Assembly (NCBI RefSeq): GCF_001194135.2
Contig: NC_068997.1
Location: 33,768,575 to 33,809,298, forward strand
Reading direction: 5' to 3'
DNA length: 40,724 nucleotides
Source: Octopus bimaculoides
Lineage: Eukaryota
The translations under genes and the position numbers were made by a program. Below, piece after piece: positions 35,534 to 40,724 of this stretch. Each line of letters starts with the position of its first letter. The first letter of the stretch is position 1. The notes beneath the pieces are model-generated. The model saw only the letters and a program-made list of their open reading frames with translations. It was not told the origin of the DNA and did not search any database.

Positions 35534-36296
35534 ATACAAAAATGGGACAAGAACGCAAAACATCCAGATAGTTCGGTGATACAAAAAAAGACAACAAAAC
35601 ATCCAGACAGATGATACAAGGAAAACAAGGACGTGTCATTTGGAGTTTTCCATCCTCAGTCGAGTTCCAGATCATCTTTGCAATTTCAGCTGGTTATACT
35701 CGAGACTGCTCCAATCTGGCCAGCTCCAAGGAAAAAATAAGGTAAGAGCATTAGATTCCTTGGAAGAAAGCAGCGAATGTATACGAAAACAAGGACGGAA
35801 AAAACAGATAATTGTTACACAAATACAAATGCAATTAACAGGACATAACAACAGGTGTCTTTCGACTAAGGACGAATTAAATTAAGCTGGCGTGTGTGGA
35901 AGTAAAGCCTTACGGCAGGGACATAAGGTTTAACAGGCACAGGGAGGAATATAGATGTTGCACGGATGGTAATCGAACCAAGAAAAAAAGGTCAGGCCTG
36001 GCCGAACACCGGTCACGTGGGAAGAGAAGAGAGAGAGAGAGGTAGAGACAGAGGGAAAAAAGAATTAAGGAGGGGCGAGAAAAATGAAAGAGACACAGTA
36101 AAGTGAACGAGGAAGGAAAGTGAGCATGAAGAGAAGGTCAGGAAATGTGAGAGAGGGGGAACGAAAGAACGAAGAGTGGAATGAACGAAGTGTGAAAGGG
36201 CTGATAGAAAGAATGAAAGAATGAAAGAATAGAAAGAATAATAGAGTCGTACAAAATTTAGATATAAACTTACATATAAGGGACCAAACTGTACGT

Positions 36297-36351
<55 letters not shown>

Positions 36352-37006
36352 NNNNNNNNNNNNNNNNNNNNNNNNNNNNNNNNNNNNNNNNNNNNNNNNN
36401 NNNNNNNNNNNNNNNNNNNNNNNNNNNNNNNNNNNNNNNNNNNNNNNNNNNNNNNNNNNNNNNNNNNNNNNNNNNNNNNNNNNNNNNNNNNNNNNNNNNN
36501 NNNNNNNNNNNNNNNNNNNNNNNNNNNNNNNNNNNNNNNNNNNNNNNNNNNNNNNNNNNNNNNNNNNNNNNNNNNNNNNNNNNNNNNNNNNNNNNNNNNN
36601 NNNNNNNNNNNNNNNNNNNNNNNNNNNNNNNNNNNNNNNNNNNNNNNNNNNNNNNNNNNNNNNNNNNNNNNNNNNNNNNNNNNNNNNNNNNNNNNNNNNN
36701 NNNNNNNNNNNNNNNNNNNNNNNNNNNNNNNNNNNNNNNNNNNNNNNNNNNNNNNNNNNNNNNNNNNNNNNNNNNNNNNNNNNNNNNNNNNNNNNNNNNN
36801 NNNNNNNNNNNNNNNNNNNNNNNNNNNNNNNNNNNNNNNNNNNNNNNNNNNNNNNNNNNNNNNNNNNNNNNNNNNNNNNNNNNNNNNNNNNNNNNNNNNN
36901 NNNNNNNNNNNNNNNNNNNNNNNNNNNNNNNNNNNNNNNNNNNNNNNNNNNNNNNNNNNNNNNNNNNNNNNNNNNNNNNNNNNNNNNNNNNNNNNNNNAA
37001 AAGAAT

Positions 37007-37039
<33 letters not shown>

Positions 37040-37107
37040 CTTTATTAATACCATTGATATTCGAGTACTATTTTTTCCACCTTCTTTCACATTTATGTGC
37101 TTACTCT

Positions 37108-37140
<33 letters not shown>

Positions 37141-37239
37141 CTACTTCCTACTCCAACTTTCAGCGATAATGTCTAATTTCTAAATGAAAATGACTACTGT
37201 AACTGCAACCTCTTCGCCATCTCTATCCAATTGGTCCAA

Positions 37240-38450
37240 GCACTTTCATCAGGCCCTCAATTCAGCGACAGAAATTGTTGGATAACAAGGATTTACCTCC
37301 AAGTGCCGAGTTACAAGCTCACCGATTTGTTCCGGTTGATCTACTCTGTCAGTCTAGTGTCTACTGCCTATATAACCGATGTGGCCTGTACCATGAAGTG
37401 ACGTCGTCACGGCTCTCTCGCGACTCAGTTTGAGCGCAATAACCTTCGAAATCACCATCTTCAGCAGCAAACACTCAAAAGCTAAAACATACACGTGATG
37501 GGGTAAAAGGCGACCTAAATGAACCGAGCGCTCGATACTAAGCAGTTCTAAGAGGTGGTCATTTGATCTGAACATTGAAGGGATTCCGTTCTTCATTGTT
37601 GTGATCTAGCCTTCCTTTCGTTGTTGTTCATAGGAAAGTCACTGGCTCTTGACAGAGCGCAAGTAATCACTCGTCTTCAGACTGTCACCTTCGCTGCACG
37701 TCCAAAACTGCCAGTCTATTGATAGGGTTTAGGAAAACTGTACACACCTTTATGTATAGGCCTTTCCGAAACAGTACCGCTACAAAACCTGATCCAGGTC
37801 TACTGAGGAAGGCAGAAACTTCGTAGGACAAGTGATTCAGTTTCAGAAATCTTGGTTTCGTTAATGACTGCTGCATTCAGCTGTAGTAACCCGACTTTGT
37901 TAAAGTGCCCCACTAACAAGCCGACGCCAGATTACGCAGATTTATGCAGTCTAATTTCAGTACAAGTTTCGTAGGTTTCGTACGGACTCTCAGAATGTTT
38001 TGTCCAGAAAAGTTTTGAAGTTTCCTACATAGTGTGAGAAACGCTTTCTGAAAATGTGATACATTTCTAGTATAGTTCTAACCAGAACCTAATCGTATAG
38101 AATTTTGGAAATGGCGAACACACCAAAACCCTCACTCGTAGTGAAAATTTGTTCATAAACGCCATCACTGTGCAGCCGAGGTTTCTCTCTGCTATTTTTG
38201 TGGATCTTCCGGTGTGTCTCTTGCTGTTACTGTGACTGTTGTGGTTTCTGTTCTTAGTGTTGCGATTGTTGGTTTGTCTCTTATTGTTGTTGATGTTATT
38301 GTGATTGTTACTGTTTTGATGTCTGCTCTCCTGTCTGGTGTTGCTGTTGCTATGGTTGATGTTCTGATTGTTGGCTTGTTGCTTGGCTTAAGTGTTTGAT
38401 ACTGCCTTTTACAGAGATGTTTTTCTTGGTACCCCAAAACTTTTGGTTGT
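37240..38450 (-). mobile_element. Internally deleted Tx1/L1-like LINE remnant in the hedgehog intron
   Basis: Thr-rich stretch (38437-38192), then EN-like GFVAVLFRKGLYIKVCTVFLNP, then RT-like HLLELLSIERSVHLG..VYVLAFECLL. These match the motifs at 18500 and 20050. Confidence 0.6.
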
Positions 38451-40384
38451 CAATCTCGACGCCATCTTATATTTTGAAATATTTTTCAAATGAAAGGAAA
38501 TTTTGCTTACTTAAAAAACAACCAAAANNNNNNNNNNCCCCCCCCCCTCAAGAACAACAATCATGTGATCTCTGCTATATGTAATTGCTCCAGATAGCTA
38601 GCGTCCATTCAATGGGAATTGCCTTCGAATATGTTTATTGTATGAACATTGCATGGGCATATTGTACAAAGGTGTAGCACTATATTGAAATCTTATCCCG
38701 AAATGATTGAAAACCAATTAAAGATACGCTTTCACTAAAATAGCAGCAATAAAAGGATGGGAAGCAAAATGGGTAAGTGGGGAAAAGAGTAATTTTTGAT
38801 TTCCCGTTATTTTCATTATCATTGCAAGTATTGCATCATTATTTTGTACTGTTGCATCATCTTTGAGAATGAAAATTGATGTACATAGTTGTAGCTGTTG
38901 TTGTTGAAGTTGTGAGTTTGAAACATAGTCAGGAGACAAGAAATTTTCTCTCAACTTTCAACCGATTGTAATTGAGATTGATAATGGAATATCTGGATAG
39001 TGTTTGATGTTTAACAATCAATATTTTTTCTGTTGGATTCCAAGTCAACTTTTTCTCGCACTAATGTCTAATTTGATAATTTTCAATTTTCAAAAAATGG
39101 TGTCTAAATTGAGGTAAAATGAGAAATGACTAATTTTAATAATTTTTTTTCTCTGTTACTGCAAGCCACTCCAGCAGATCGCGAAGAATCTTTAGAAAAT
39201 ATTTTATGTTGAGTTTACAGATTTAGTCGAGCTTCGTTAATTTCATATCATGCACCACTTTTCCATAATCCCCTTTTATTTGACCTAGATATTAAAATTT
39301 TTGTTGCAATTCTGATCTTTCTGTGGTCTAAGGATGAATATTGATATGCATGAGTCTTTAATCAAATATAATTCCGGAGAGTTGAAAAGTCAGATTTACT
39401 TTACTTTGTCTTACTCATTTTATCCCAGTTAAATTTGTCTGTTGTATACTCAAGCAGAACGAAGATGATTTTCTGGAAGAGTGTTCTGAATATGTTATAT
39501 GCATTTAGAGAAGGTCGTTCACTTAGCTGATATAGTTTTCGTAAGGTAGTGAACATTTGTAAAAAATAGTTTTTTCTCAGCGTCAAAAACGCAGTAAATA
39601 TTACCCATTGTGCCTCTCCATTACTATATAATTCTTCAACCACACAGAGAAACAATTTTTGATATGTTTGAAAGAATCTAATCTGATCGCGTTCAGAAGA
39701 GAATGGAGTATTTTAGAATATGTACCATCCGTCAGCTGGATTGTTCAAACATATTTTATGCTGTTTCAATCAGAAATTTTAAATTTTAGTTCTAGATTCA
39801 CTTGCATTAAATAACAGAATTACTAAGTTCCAGCAAATACGTTATGAAAAATTCCTTGATTCCCTTGAGCAATCAAGGTTAAAAAAAATATTAAAAAAAA
39901 TATTTTCCTTCCCTCTACGCTTGCTAAAAGCCCTTTTAATCTAATTTCATTTGCCTTTCTCTTACTTTCTTTTCACTCGCATTTTCCTTCACATTCGTAT
40001 ATCTAAACAACATCATTTATAAAAGCTTATTTATGCAAGTTTTTATCCTATCTTTCAGTGTTTTCATTACGCGTACCCACACTAATCCTTTTTCCTGTAT
40101 TATCTTCCCCTTTCGTCTTTTTTCTTCCGCTCCTCAACTGACATATCTCATACCCTTTCTCCTACATCTGTACTCTTTTTATATTTTAAATTTTACTCTG
40201 TATAGAATAGTTCTGTGCCCAACTAATAAGATCCTTTCATGTCAATATTATTCAATAAAAGCTTGCTAAAGTACTCCTTAGTTCTACTGCTTCCAATTAA
40301 ATTTTCTCTTTTCTCCTTACCATCTTGTTCACACGGAAAAGTAAGGCTCGGAGTAACGGACGTTTTCGGCTTACAACATATGTT

Positions 40385-40700
40385 TGCATAGCTCAGTTGT
40401 TAGGGCATCGAGCTTACAGTCATAGGGCTGTCAGTTCGATTCTTGGACCTAGCTGTGTGTTGTGTTCTTTATTTCACGTTGGTCCAGTTGCAGAAATGAG
40501 TTGCGACGTCACTGGTACCAAGCTGTGTCAGTATTTGCCTTTTCCTTGAACAACATCGGTGGCGTGGAGAGGGGAGACCTGTATGCATGGGTGACTGCTG
40601 GTCTTCTACAAACAACCTTGCCCAGATTTGTGCCTCGGAGGGGAACTTTCTAGGTGCAATCTCATGGTCATTCGTCACCGAATGGGTTTTTACCCTTTAT
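40385..40700 (+). mobile_element. tRNA-derived SINE (family C)
   Basis: tagctcagttgttag (A box) and agttcgattc (B box), then a body of about 250 bp ending at (TA)n. Confidence 0.65.
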
Positions 40701-40724
40701 ATATATATATATATATATATATAT

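Overview
AT-rich, microsatellite-dense animal genomic DNA with six assembly gaps. It looks like a cephalopod, probably an Octopus species (inferred from the repeat families, not verified). The only host gene I can support is the last coding exon of hedgehog on the minus strand (32542-33233). It encodes the end of HhN, the GG|CF autocleavage site and an intact Hint plus sterol-recognition (Hog) domain. Its upstream exons are not in the readable sequence. The rest is mostly decayed mobile DNA: three Tc1/mariner lineages (DD37D, DD34D, DD34E), a TA-flanked MITE, several Tx1/L1-like LINE remnants, one barely decayed CR1 LINE, R4-like and RTE-like LINE ends, Penelope-like fragments and at least three tRNA-derived SINE families. 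The most interesting non-gene observations are a 1.8-kb inverted Penelope-derived structure, hammerhead-ribozyme-like motifs, a structured GC-rich insert inside a Tc1, a nested LINE/SINE/Tc1 cluster with a local duplication, and a few weak candidate exons. I found no convincing evidence of a wholly new biological system. Most ORFs in the track are artefacts of microsatellites or N-gaps.
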